From Spirochaetia bacterium (lineage in GTDB: Bacteria > Spirochaetota > Spirochaetia > DSM-2461): a DNA stretch of 64,000 nucleotides. The position numbers were made by a program, and so were the translations under genes. Positions within the stretch are counted from its first letter, which is position 1. Each line of letters opens with the position of its first letter. Positions 10,861-20,489 of the stretch are shown one piece after another. The DNA lies in NCBI GenBank assembly GCA_963666985.2, contig CAXXIA010000001.1:1-64000 (forward strand), read 5' to 3'. The notes under the pieces are model-generated. The model did no database searches and was not told where the DNA came from. It saw only the letters and a program-made list of their open reading frames with translations.

Positions 10861-11700
10861 ATGAACATTTATAGTCATAAAAAAATATCAGATCGAGTAT
10901 TCATTATACGGGAAGGGTATACCGAGAAGAATGGACTTACCATCGGTTTGATTGTTGGAGACGATAAAGCCGCTGTTGTCGACAGTGGAATGGGTGTTTT
11001 CGATGGACTTCGTGAATACATTGAAAAGCTTACGTGTAAAGAATTGATTTGTATCGTTACGCACGCTCATCCTGATCATGCGGGAGGTGCCGTTCAGTTT
11101 GATACCGTATACATGAACGAACGCGACAACTGGATTTTAGAGTGGGCACTCCCGATTGAAAAAAGGATGAACGATTTAGATGTTTTCAGCGAAAAGAACT
11201 TGGAACTGCGAAAATATGCACAAGAGCATTATGTGGACTGCAGTGATTACGGCTACATCAATCTTGAAGATGGTGACTCCCTCGATCTTGGAAATGTAAT
11301 CTTGGAAATAATTAAACTTCCGGGACATTCTCCGGGATCTCTGGCAGTTTATCACTCAGACGAGAAAATCGCCTTTACAAGTGACGCAATTATCCCAAAT
11401 ATCGTCCTTTCGGATGAGAATCATCAAGGTATTATCGACTGCCGTGATTCTTTGGATCGATTCCTTCAAATGATCGATCCTTCCACGACGTTGTACTGCG
11501 GTCATTTACAGGAACCCTTACCGATTTCCTTGGCATCTGATTTGAAGGCCGCATATACGGAAATTATTGAAGATCGAACGGAAAAAGATGAGATGACTTA
11601 TTTCCAATTCGCTGAAGAGGCTCATCCCGGCATACGACTTAAGCTTCATAAATATAAAAGTGTTTCGGTGACGTATAACGCGGATCTTTATAATAAATAG
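10861..11700 (+). CDS. MBL-fold metallo-hydrolase
   Basis: VDSG, THAHPDHAGG, PGHSPG, FTSD and CGH metal-binding motifs. Confidence 0.88.
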   Translation: MNIYSHKKISDRVFIIREGYTEKNGLTIGLIVGDDKAAVVDSGMGVFDGLREYIEKLTCKELICIVTHAHPDHAGGAVQFDTVYMNERDNWILEWALPIEKRMNDLDVFSEKNLELRKYAQEHYVDCSDYGYINLEDGDSLDLGNVILEIIKLPGHSPGSLAVYHSDEKIAFTSDAIIPNIVLSDENHQGIIDCRDSLDRFLQMIDPSTTLYCGHLQEPLPISLASDLKAAYTEIIEDRTEKDEMTYFQFAEEAHPGIRLKLHKYKSVSVTYNADLYNK

Positions 11701-11800
11701 ATCTGGAAAAAAATGTTTTCTTATATTGAAGTTCAATAGTCTCAAAGTCCTTTCTCCCCGAGACTATGAGTTCCGGTTCTGATGTATTAAACTGAACCTT

Positions 11801-12439
11801 GTGAAAATCGATAAGGCAACCAGCAGCAAGAATATTCAGATGCTGGCCAATCACGAGATTATCTTTCGAGAAGGCGAGACCGGGAAGCATATGTATGTGA
11901 TTCTCGACGGCCGGGTGGAAATCCGGAAGCGGACCGGTGAGAAAACCACCCGCACCATGATTACCCTGAAGCAGGGGGATATTTTCGGTGAAATGGCTGT
12001 TGTTGAGAAGAAAGGGCGATCGGCCACCGCCATCGCGGCTTCGGACTGCAGACTTCTTCGTCTGGACGAGGACGCTTTCTACGATTTGGTGCAGAAGAAT
12101 CCCGATTTCGCCGTCAAGATGATCAAAACCCTCTCCTCCCGGCTCCGCAATGCCGACACCCTTATCGAAGAGGTGATGGGATCGGATTTGGACAAGCAGG
12201 TTTTTTTAGGGGTGGGTGAGTATTTGAAGAGCCGCGGCGATATTCCTTCCGGTGATTTCGTTCCTTTCAGCGGACCGGAGATGTGCCGCTGGGCCTCGCG
12301 TCATCTGGGTATTCCTGAAAAACAGGCGGAGCAGGCCGTCGACAGGCTGATTCAAAAGAGGTTCCTTCATTCCAAGCCCGATTCGTTCGACGGAGATTTG
12401 TTGATGATCAGTAAGCGTATCCTTCTCCGGATGATTTAG
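11801..12439 (+). CDS. Cyclic-nucleotide-binding (Crp/Fnr-like) protein
   Basis: IFREGETG...GDIFGEMA...RSATAIA cNMP-binding signature, followed by a C-terminal helical/HTH-like region. Confidence 0.85.
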   Translation: MKIDKATSSKNIQMLANHEIIFREGETGKHMYVILDGRVEIRKRTGEKTTRTMITLKQGDIFGEMAVVEKKGRSATAIAASDCRLLRLDEDAFYDLVQKNPDFAVKMIKTLSSRLRNADTLIEEVMGSDLDKQVFLGVGEYLKSRGDIPSGDFVPFSGPEMCRWASRHLGIPEKQAEQAVDRLIQKRFLHSKPDSFDGDLLMISKRILLRMI

Positions 12440-12454
12440 AATCACACCGCGAAC

Positions 12455-14599
12455 ATGCATAATAAAATCGAAGACATCGTTGAACAACTGATCGAGGCCC
12501 GTAAAGCCTATTACGAGAGCGACACTCCCCTGATGACGGACGCGGATTTCGACGTTCTTGAGGACGATTTGCGCCGTCTTGATCCGGAGAATGAATATTT
12601 CGCCACCGTCGGCATCGCCGAGTCCGAAGGAAGCACGGCGAAAATCAGGCATGAGGTTCCCATGCTGTCCATGGGAAAGGCCAAGACTCTGGACGAGGTG
12701 GAGAAATGGCTGCGGCGTCTGGCGCTTTCGCCGGATGCCGCCCTGACGGTTCAGCCGAAGGTGGACGGACTTTCTGCCTCTCTGCGCTACGAAAGAGGAC
12801 ATCTTGTCTACGCGGCAACGCGCGGCGACGGCGAAACGGGTCAGGACATCAGCCACGTCGTTCCCTATATCGGTGATATTCCAAAGGCCGTTTCTTTTAC
12901 CGAAGAAACGGTTGAAATCCGCGGCGAGCTTCATCTGCCCAGGGATACGCCTTTCGACACCGGAGGAAAGCCCCTGCGGAACAACTGCGTGGGTCTTATC
13001 AACCGCAAGGAAGAGCGGGACGATTTGAAATACGTTCGGTTTCTGGCATACCAGATTCTCTGGCCGGGGGCCGGGCATCTCTCCTCGGGCGGCACCGCCG
13101 GAGGAGATTCCGCGGTATCGGCCGACGCCCGCTTCGCTTCCGAGGGCGGCAAAATCGATATCCTCGCCGAGAACGGTTTTTATACGTTCCGAACGTGGAA
13201 GATCGCGGCCGATCTTTCCGCCGAACACTCCGGTGTTCCGGAAGGCGGCGACCGGGGCAAGGGGGCGGGCGGCCTCTCCTCCGACCGAAACGCCGGCGCA
13301 CCGGCCGATACTTCCCGGACATCCTCGAAATCGGCGCAAGGAGAACTTTTCGGAGCGGATGAAGACTCCGGTGATGTATCGGCCGATCCGCCGGATGAAC
13401 CGGCATTCGATTATGCCGCCGAAATGATGATCGGCCTGGGCCGAATCTACGATGAGTATATCGGTGAACTCCGGGACGAGTGGAACTTCGAGACCGACGG
13501 TCTGATTATCATAGTCGACGACAACCGGCTTCATGACGGCATCGACGAACGCTGGGTTGTGGATCATCATCACCATTACGCCGTTGCTTTCAAGCCGCCC
13601 TCTCAGGCCGCGCAAACCGTTCTGAAGGATGTGGTTTGGCAGGTCAGCCGTCAGGGAAACCTGACGCCGGTGGCTGTTTTCGAACCGCTTCGCATGGGCG
13701 GCGCCACGCTGGAGAGGGCCAGTCTGCATAACGCGGCCAATGTTCGAAGACTCAAACTCGCTTTCGGCGATACCATCCTCGTGGAGCGGGCCAACGACGT
13801 TATTCCCTATGTGCGCGGCAATCTTTCGGCGGGAGATGTGGGGACGGGTGTTTTTCCCGCGGCCTGTCCGTCCTGCGGTTCGAAACCGGTGGAAATGGGC
13901 GTGAATCTGATCTGTCCGAATCCCGACTGCCGGGACAGGGTTCTTCAGTCCATTCTTTTCTGGGTGCGGCAGTCCGGTATGGAACAGATCGCGCTTCGTA
14001 CTTTGGAAGCACTTTATGACGCCGGAAAGCTGAGGAATATTCACGATCTTTACAATCTCGGTAAGGATGATTTCGAAGGTCTTGAAGGCTTCGGAGAAAA
14101 AAAGATTACCAATTTCTTAAATCAGGCGGCCGAAACCAAAACGATGAGCGCCGTGGAACTTATTTCCCGGCTGGGCATTCCCATGGTGCAGAAGAAATCC
14201 CTGACGCGGCTCGGCATAGCCGCGATGGATGACTTTTGGAATTTCAGCGATGAAAGTTATGTGATCGGCCGGCGCATCATCGAGTGGAAGGCCGAACCGG
14301 GGAATCGGGAATTTCTCGATGAGATTCTCAGTATCGTGACTTTACGTGATGATGAGATTCCGAAGGATCGCCGCGGAGTCATCTGTTTAACCGGCAAAGC
14401 CCCGGTGCCCCGCAAGCCTCTCGCCGCGGTTTTGGAAGCGCGGGGCTGGATCGTCGCCGATGCGGTTACAAACGATACGGTCAAAGTCGTCTGCGATAAT
14501 CCCGGCGGAACATCGACCAAACTGAAGAAGGCGCGGGAGAAAGGTTTGGAAATCGTTACGTATGAGGATTTCTTCAACGAAGAAAAATTGGAATTCTAA
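12455..14599 (+). CDS. ligA: NAD-dependent DNA ligase
   Basis: AYY...DADFD, PMLSMGK, KVDG (adenylated Lys), TRGDG and EIRGE motifs; OB fold (RASLHN); C4 zinc finger (CPSC...CPNPDC); HhH and a terminal BRCT domain. Confidence 0.92.
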   Translation: MHNKIEDIVEQLIEARKAYYESDTPLMTDADFDVLEDDLRRLDPENEYFATVGIAESEGSTAKIRHEVPMLSMGKAKTLDEVEKWLRRLALSPDAALTVQPKVDGLSASLRYERGHLVYAATRGDGETGQDISHVVPYIGDIPKAVSFTEETVEIRGELHLPRDTPFDTGGKPLRNNCVGLINRKEERDDLKYVRFLAYQILWPGAGHLSSGGTAGGDSAVSADARFASEGGKIDILAENGFYTFRTWKIAADLSAEHSGVPEGGDRGKGAGGLSSDRNAGAPADTSRTSSKSAQGELFGADEDSGDVSADPPDEPAFDYAAEMMIGLGRIYDEYIGELRDEWNFETDGLIIIVDDNRLHDGIDERWVVDHHHHYAVAFKPPSQAAQTVLKDVVWQVSRQGNLTPVAVFEPLRMGGATLERASLHNAANVRRLKLAFGDTILVERANDVIPYVRGNLSAGDVGTGVFPAACPSCGSKPVEMGVNLICPNPDCRDRVLQSILFWVRQSGMEQIALRTLEALYDAGKLRNIHDLYNLGKDDFEGLEGFGEKKITNFLNQAAETKTMSAVELISRLGIPMVQKKSLTRLGIAAMDDFWNFSDESYVIGRRIIEWKAEPGNREFLDEILSIVTLRDDEIPKDRRGVICLTGKAPVPRKPLAAVLEARGWIVADAVTNDTVKVVCDNPGGTSTKLKKAREKGLEIVTYEDFFNEEKLEF

Positions 14600-14630
14600 A
14601 AAACGGTCCGCCGCCGATAGACACTCTTAC

Positions 14631-15827
14631 TCAGAGGTTGAATCCTAAGGAAACAAACGGTTCCAAGCCTCCTTCCGAATAACCGTTATGAAACGTATGG
14701 AACCAGTCGCCTCCTACTTCGATGAACAATTTCTTCTTGATATAACCTTGAACGGAAATCCCTCCGGTTAAAAAGAAATCGGCGCTGGTCATTTCCGGCC
14801 CCGCGGTTCCTTCATAATCGAACGAGTAGTTATTAAGATCAACGCCTCCGCCGAGCCTTATTACGCCCTGAATCTTGGGAGTAAAGAGATACTTGTAAGC
14901 GCAGTTGAGTCCTGTTTTCATGGAGAACGAGGTGATGGTCGCGTCGCTGATTCCCCCCTTCATCAGGAGAATGTGAGTGAATATCTCCGGGCCCATATAT
15001 CCCCAGCGTCTTTTAACGACGAACAGCCCGACACGGGCCACGGCTCCGGCGGGGTAGAAGGTTTTGGGCCAGTTATTACGAACCCATTGGTCGTACAGCA
15101 GAATATTGGGAGAATATCCGGCGGATACGTAGAAATCCACCGGCTTTTGATAGCGGACCACGAATCCCGTGTCGGAGACATCGGTGAGTCCTCCGGGATT
15201 GATCACCCGGACGAGGTAATCGCCGAAATCAATTTTTCTTTCGGGAAGAAAGAGTTCGACGGTTTCGTTTCGGTCCACCGTTTTCTTCTCGACGGCAAGG
15301 ACTTCGTTTCCCGTTTTTTGATCGACCAGAGTGTATTCGGCATCGGGAAGAAGGTTGGTTCCCCGGAGCAAAACGCGGAATTTCGCTTCCTCCATATAGA
15401 TTGCCGAGGGCGAGAGATCTTCAATTTCGGGAATTTCCGCTTTTACGATAACGATGGGGAGCCAGTCGGTCTGTAATTCGGGTTTGTCCAGCAGATTATA
15501 AACGATGATGCTGTAGCGGTACTCGCCGGGACGAAGGCTGACGGTTACCGAGGTTTTTTCCGTTCGTTCCCTGACGATTTCCGTTCCTTCCGAATCTTCC
15601 AGAATCAGTTCGTAGTCCAGGCAGTTGGGAACCTCCCGCCAGGAAAGAACTTGGCTGAAAAGAGGCGTCCCGTCTTCCTGAACTTCGAAGAAATAGTCGG
15701 GGACGAATGTGATGCCTTCCTGCGATGATGATGTCTCAGTCGGAGTTTCCTGCGCAGGGAGAAAAGACCACGGCGCCGGGAGGAGCGCCAGGATAATCAG
15801 CGGAAGAAAAAGTCTTCTATCGGCCAT
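14631..15827 (-). CDS. Exported protein with Ig/Fn3-like region and probable C-terminal outer-membrane beta-barrel
   Basis: ATG at 15827 (MADRRLFLPLIILALL..., signal peptide) with a GGAGA RBS. C-terminal amphipathic, aromatic-rich strands end in ...FVSLGFNL. Confidence 0.65.
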   Translation of the reverse strand: MADRRLFLPLIILALLPAPWSFLPAQETPTETSSSQEGITFVPDYFFEVQEDGTPLFSQVLSWREVPNCLDYELILEDSEGTEIVRERTEKTSVTVSLRPGEYRYSIIVYNLLDKPELQTDWLPIVIVKAEIPEIEDLSPSAIYMEEAKFRVLLRGTNLLPDAEYTLVDQKTGNEVLAVEKKTVDRNETVELFLPERKIDFGDYLVRVINPGGLTDVSDTGFVVRYQKPVDFYVSAGYSPNILLYDQWVRNNWPKTFYPAGAVARVGLFVVKRRWGYMGPEIFTHILLMKGGISDATITSFSMKTGLNCAYKYLFTPKIQGVIRLGGGVDLNNYSFDYEGTAGPEMTSADFFLTGGISVQGYIKKKLFIEVGGDWFHTFHNGYSEGGLEPFVSLGFNL

Positions 15828-18573
15828 AGAATTTCTCTCCCGAATCAATGCTGGGAGTTCCGAGGGAGGGCAGGTTGATGGAGAACAGCCTTTGGGCTTC
15901 TTCGCCGGGCTGCTCAACGTATCCTTCCTGATCGCGGGATTCTCCGAAGACAATCCAGGCGAAATTCCCTTTATCCAGAATGCTTAAATCTTCAAGCAGA
16001 TAAGAGGTCTCCTTCAGAGGCCCGATGGTTAAAACAGGCTTTTCCCAGTTCTCATCGGGATAAATCGCGAGATAGTAATCCGTGGCACCGGCAATTTCCT
16101 CCCAGGAGAACAGGATTTGACGGCTTGCCCTTAATTGTTCGGGACCGTAAACGGCATCCTCGGGCGGATCGGTCAGCACGGGAGGAGGAAGCGGCGGTAC
16201 GGGATTGACGGTAAAGCGTCCGACGCTTCGGGAAGAAATGTCGAAATCTCCGAAAGTCCCGCTGACCGTCCAGTAATATTTCCCTTCGGAGAGACGGCGG
16301 ACCACTTCTGTTCTGGAACCGTTTTTGCTTTCGTACACCGATCGGGACATCCCCGGGTCCGAGTAAATGCCGAGCCTCGTCGTTTCCGGAATCACCTTGG
16401 AATCCCAAACCAGGGGAATGCCGTTTCTCAGGGCGTAGAGTCCTTCGAAGGTTTCTCCGTCCGTCGGAGCGACCAGCTCGATGGGAGTCAGTTTCCGCAG
16501 AGTGAAGGGATTCTCTTCGATAAGACCGATTTGCCTGGTGGAGAGGGGATTCTCCAAAGTAAATCCCTGAATCAGCGCCCTGTATTCTCCATCGGGGAAA
16601 TCATCGAAGGATAAATCGATTCTCTCATCGGGAATCAGCGACTTCTCATAGACCGCTTCGCCTCCGCCGGCCGCATAGATTCTCATGGTGTAATGGTCGG
16701 CTTCCGGAATGTCTTCCCATTCGATGTTCTGCATATCGCCGTCCCTGAAAGTGAAAAGGCGGCTCCTTGCGGGATGAAGCATCTTCGGGCCGGCGAAGGG
16801 TTCGACGACGCTGAAACGCCGCGCGGGCGTTTCCAGGAAAACCGTTCCGTCGACGTTGAAGGTCCGGATTCTCCAGAACCATTCGCCCTCTGTCCAGTTT
16901 TTTCCCAGGAGCGTTTCGGCTTGGACTTCTTCCTCGTAGAGTAAATCAGAGAATCCCTCATCGGAGGCAACCTGGAAGAGCGTTCTTCCAGGGACATTGG
17001 ATTTCCATGCGAAGCGGGTGTTCGTCATCAGGGAATCGGCGATGGTATAGCCGTCCGGAGGGTAGGAGAGCCGGACGGCGACGGTTCCGTCGATGCCCTG
17101 GATGCGTCTCGAAGGACTCCACGGAGAGAGGCCGCCTTCGAAATCCCGCCAGCGAACGGCCCAGTAATAAATCCCTTCCCGATACAGTGCTTCGGCATCC
17201 TTTCGAACGAGGAAGGCGTAAGGCGCTTCTGTACGGAAAATAACGCGGGGAGCGTTCATTTCGGGATTGTCGGCTACGGCCAGTTCATACTCCGCCGCTT
17301 CGGACTCGGGTTTCCAGGAAAAGGGAATCCCTCGGTTTTCCATAACCTGCAGCTGATAGAGAGCTCCATCGAGGGCGTAGTAGGGAACAGGCGGGTTCAT
17401 GGCGTTCTTCTTCGAAATCTCTATTCTGCGGACTTCCGGCTCCATTTCCCCGCCGAGAACTTCACCCGCCGGAACGGGAATAACACGCCAGTACCAAATC
17501 CCCTCGTCAAGCGCATTAACCGTCAGGGAGTTGAGAATTGTGCGTGAACGAATGATGGGCTTATGAAAATCCGGATCGGCGGCCACTTCGAAAAGATAAG
17601 CGGAGGCTTCGGCCATGTCGGTCCAGGAAAAAGCGATGTTCGGGGGGATTTTCCTGTAGCTGTAGCCGGTGCCGTCCGTGGGAAGAATGGGTTCGGGCGG
17701 AGCGGCCTCGGTCAGGGAAAACCGGCTGACGGCGGAGATAACCCCGTTTCCGTCGCGAAGCCTCCAATACCAGGTGCCCGGCTGCAAAGGGGCCTTTATC
17801 TCGGCGGCATCCGCCGTTACGGTGAGCGATTCGGACGATTCGAAGTCGAACGCCGCGGATAATTCCAGCTCGAGTGAACCGGCGAGGGATTCCGGAGAGG
17901 TTATTTCCCAGGAGAACGGGATTCTCGAAGCCTTTTCTCCGAGATTGAGCAGACGCGCGTTCGGCGACGGCCGAAGAAGAACGGCCGACCGGTCGATGAC
18001 GCGATAGTCTCCCGAGACCGCGTTCAGCAGAAGCTCCTGCGAGCTTCCGAGGGTTTCCCGGCGGCCGTCTTCGCCGGTGACGGTGGCGGTGCCGCCGGAT
18101 ACGCCGATGGAGATATCGTTGCCGGTTCGGGCGAAGGAGACCTTGGAATCGTCGGAAAAAGATACGGTTTTTGATCCGACGGTGATGGTTCGGCCTTCTC
18201 CTCCCGAAAGGGATACTTGTCCGTCGAGAAACTCCATGGCTTTTTCTTCGCCGATGAAGCTGAGTTTAATCATGCTGTTTTCAAAAAGATCCAGATTCGC
18301 GCCGTCTTCGAAGAACACGGCCGCTTCGGAAAAATCGGCCGTACGGATGGTATCGCCGCCGTAGACGGGGGATTGGCTTCGGAGTCTTTCCCAGTTCATG
18401 CCGGAGAGTGAACGGCGGGTGGCGCTTCCCTTGCGGAAGACAATATCTCCCAGGGCGGTTTCGTTGTTCCTGACGGCTATGGAATTCAGGTCTTTCCAAA
18501 AGAGGAAGAAAAGGAAAGACGAGAGGATAACGACCGCCGCCGTAACGGCGGCGTCACTTCTCGAGAATCTCAT
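15817..18573 (-). CDS. FecR-domain protein with repeated Fn3/Ig-like modules
   Basis: N-terminal TM, then a FecR-like segment (GDTIRTADFSEAAVFFEDGANLDLFENSMIKL), then about 7 repeats with FSW/..GxWYWRV signatures. Confidence 0.8.
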   Translation of the reverse strand: MRFSRSDAAVTAAVVILSSFLFFLFWKDLNSIAVRNNETALGDIVFRKGSATRRSLSGMNWERLRSQSPVYGGDTIRTADFSEAAVFFEDGANLDLFENSMIKLSFIGEEKAMEFLDGQVSLSGGEGRTITVGSKTVSFSDDSKVSFARTGNDISIGVSGGTATVTGEDGRRETLGSSQELLLNAVSGDYRVIDRSAVLLRPSPNARLLNLGEKASRIPFSWEITSPESLAGSLELELSAAFDFESSESLTVTADAAEIKAPLQPGTWYWRLRDGNGVISAVSRFSLTEAAPPEPILPTDGTGYSYRKIPPNIAFSWTDMAEASAYLFEVAADPDFHKPIIRSRTILNSLTVNALDEGIWYWRVIPVPAGEVLGGEMEPEVRRIEISKKNAMNPPVPYYALDGALYQLQVMENRGIPFSWKPESEAAEYELAVADNPEMNAPRVIFRTEAPYAFLVRKDAEALYREGIYYWAVRWRDFEGGLSPWSPSRRIQGIDGTVAVRLSYPPDGYTIADSLMTNTRFAWKSNVPGRTLFQVASDEGFSDLLYEEEVQAETLLGKNWTEGEWFWRIRTFNVDGTVFLETPARRFSVVEPFAGPKMLHPARSRLFTFRDGDMQNIEWEDIPEADHYTMRIYAAGGGEAVYEKSLIPDERIDLSFDDFPDGEYRALIQGFTLENPLSTRQIGLIEENPFTLRKLTPIELVAPTDGETFEGLYALRNGIPLVWDSKVIPETTRLGIYSDPGMSRSVYESKNGSRTEVVRRLSEGKYYWTVSGTFGDFDISSRSVGRFTVNPVPPLPPPVLTDPPEDAVYGPEQLRASRQILFSWEEIAGATDYYLAIYPDENWEKPVLTIGPLKETSYLLEDLSILDKGNFAWIVFGESRDQEGYVEQPGEEAQRLFSINLPSLGTPSIDSGEKFYGR

Positions 18574-20467
18574 ACTTCACTTCTTCCTTGTCCACGTCGA
18601 TATCGCCCGACGGGGGGACGATGCCCAGGATCTTACGGACTTCGGCGAGGGTTTTCGGTCCCTCCTGTCCTCTGATATTGACGACGGAGTAGATATTGAG
18701 AGGATCGGTCTTCCCCTTTACTTTAATGGGAGGCATCTTTTCGGCGAGGATTTCGTTTTTCACCAGTTCGTAGGTGTACTCTGATACAAGGATATCGCTG
18801 CCGAAGGGCTTGTTGAGGGCCTCGATGCGGCTGGCCAGGTTTACCGCGTCGCCGATGACGGTGTATTCCATCCGCTGGAGAGATCCGATCTGACCCGCGA
18901 GACAGGGGCCCGTATTCACTCCGCATCCGATTTTAATCAGCGGTTTTTCATCGCCGCCGCGGCCTTCGTTGAATTCCATCAGCGATCGGCGCATCATCAG
19001 CATCGCCGTGATGGCGTTCATCGCGTCGTCTTTCGGCGTTCCTCCGGATATCGGAGCTCCCCAGACGGCCATAATGGCGTCGCCGATGAATTTGTCCACC
19101 ACTCCGCCTGTTTTCTCGATACAGTCCACCATCCGGGTCATGTAGTCGTTGAGGAATTCCACCACGGCTTCCGGCGCCAATTTCTCGGAGATGGCGGTGA
19201 AAGAGCGAATGTCGGAAAAGAAAATCGTCGCCGTACGCCGCACACCGCCCAGCGCGATATCGCCCTTAAGCGCCTGCTCGGCGATCTGACGGTTGACGAA
19301 TTTCCCGAAGGTTTCCTTCACCCGTTCCCGCTCGGCGAGCCCTTTGCCCATTCGAACGAAGCTGTCGGTCAGAAGTCCCAGTTCATCCTCGGTGGAGGGA
19401 ACGATATCCAGTTCGAATCGGCCTTCTTCGATCAGGCGGGAGGCGTCGACCAGCTTCAGGACCGGACGGCTCACCGTCCGGGAGAAGAACCAGACGGCGA
19501 GAATCGAGAAGAGAAGAACGATGCCGGTAACATAGAGGTTCTGCCGGGCCACCCGGAGCGCGGCCTGATTCACTTTTGAAGCCGGGATGCTCGTGACGAC
19601 GCCGAACTGTCCCAGTGAGACTTTTCGGAAGGCCCCGAACATCTTCTTGCCGTTTTCGGTCCGGTAGAGGATTTGTCCGTTGTCCAAGGTGCTCGCCATC
19701 ATTTCCCGAACAACCGGATCGTCGGCAAGGCTTACTCCCAGGCGGACCAAGTCGAAATCGGAATGGACCAGGAGTTCACCGTCGAATCCCACCACTTGCG
19801 TGGTGGTCGCGGTATCGGCCTGAACCATGGTCTGGAGGTTCTCCGTTGAGAAGATGATCACCATCAGGTTCTCGGTACCGAGATCCCGATAGGGAACCAT
19901 GAGGGCGGCGGTGGGAACGCCGAAGATTGGGCCTGCGTTCACCAGGTGCGTTTCACCGAATCGGGAGCGTTCCATGATGTCGGCTTTCAGGCGGAGGAAA
20001 GTCGAAACCACGGAAGATTCCAATTCGTTGGCCAGGAAAAATTTAGGACTGTAGACTTCTTTTTCTCCGGGAACTCCGATGTAGGCCGTCAGGGCGTTGC
20101 GATCGAAGTAGTTGGAAACAGTCAATTGTTCCAAATAGCGGTTGCCGGCGCTCTCGCGGAGGGTATCGAACAGAGAAAGGGCCCCGGTATGGAGCGCCCT
20201 GATTTCGTTTTCCACCTGGATGGAGCCCAATTCGCTTAAGGTGAGATTGTTGTCTTCCGCACGGGATCGGGAATCATTGGTAAAAAAGTAGGAAGCCAGC
20301 CCTGTAACGGCGATCATGGAAATAATAACGATGACGGACGTGATGCCGATCAGCTTGACGACCAGGGGAACTTTAACCCTGAAGGTTTGCACGCCTTCGG
20401 TTTCTTGCGTGTTCCCGGCGTCTGTTTTTTCAGATGTGTTGCTTTCGGCTTTTTTTCTTCTAGGCAT
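18554..20467 (-). CDS. Membrane class III adenylate cyclase (TM-Cache-TM-HAMP-cyclase)
   Basis: FSDIRSFT, DKFIGDAIMA and YTVIGDAVNLASRIE catalytic motifs; HAMP (PVLKL...DELGLLTDSF); two TM helices flanking a periplasmic domain. Confidence 0.93.
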   Translation of the reverse strand: MPRRKKAESNTSEKTDAGNTQETEGVQTFRVKVPLVVKLIGITSVIVIISMIAVTGLASYFFTNDSRSRAEDNNLTLSELGSIQVENEIRALHTGALSLFDTLRESAGNRYLEQLTVSNYFDRNALTAYIGVPGEKEVYSPKFFLANELESSVVSTFLRLKADIMERSRFGETHLVNAGPIFGVPTAALMVPYRDLGTENLMVIIFSTENLQTMVQADTATTTQVVGFDGELLVHSDFDLVRLGVSLADDPVVREMMASTLDNGQILYRTENGKKMFGAFRKVSLGQFGVVTSIPASKVNQAALRVARQNLYVTGIVLLFSILAVWFFSRTVSRPVLKLVDASRLIEEGRFELDIVPSTEDELGLLTDSFVRMGKGLAERERVKETFGKFVNRQIAEQALKGDIALGGVRRTATIFFSDIRSFTAISEKLAPEAVVEFLNDYMTRMVDCIEKTGGVVDKFIGDAIMAVWGAPISGGTPKDDAMNAITAMLMMRRSLMEFNEGRGGDEKPLIKIGCGVNTGPCLAGQIGSLQRMEYTVIGDAVNLASRIEALNKPFGSDILVSEYTYELVKNEILAEKMPPIKVKGKTDPLNIYSVVNIRGQEGPKTLAEVRKILGIVPPSGDIDVDKEEVKYEILEK

Positions 20468-20489
20468 ATCGGTCCTTCACCTTCGAGGA

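Noticed and set aside
13060..13420. Possible intein in LigA
   Set aside because: The insertions are short and low-complexity, with no recognisable intein splicing blocks, no terminal His-Asn followed by Cys/Ser/Thr, and no endonuclease motif.
12206..14044. 612-aa minus-strand ORF
   Set aside because: It lies antisense to ligA and the CRP-like gene, has no recognisable motifs, and is the typical shadow ORF of GC-rich coding DNA. The same applies to 25184..26107, 44925..45863 and 21534..22343.
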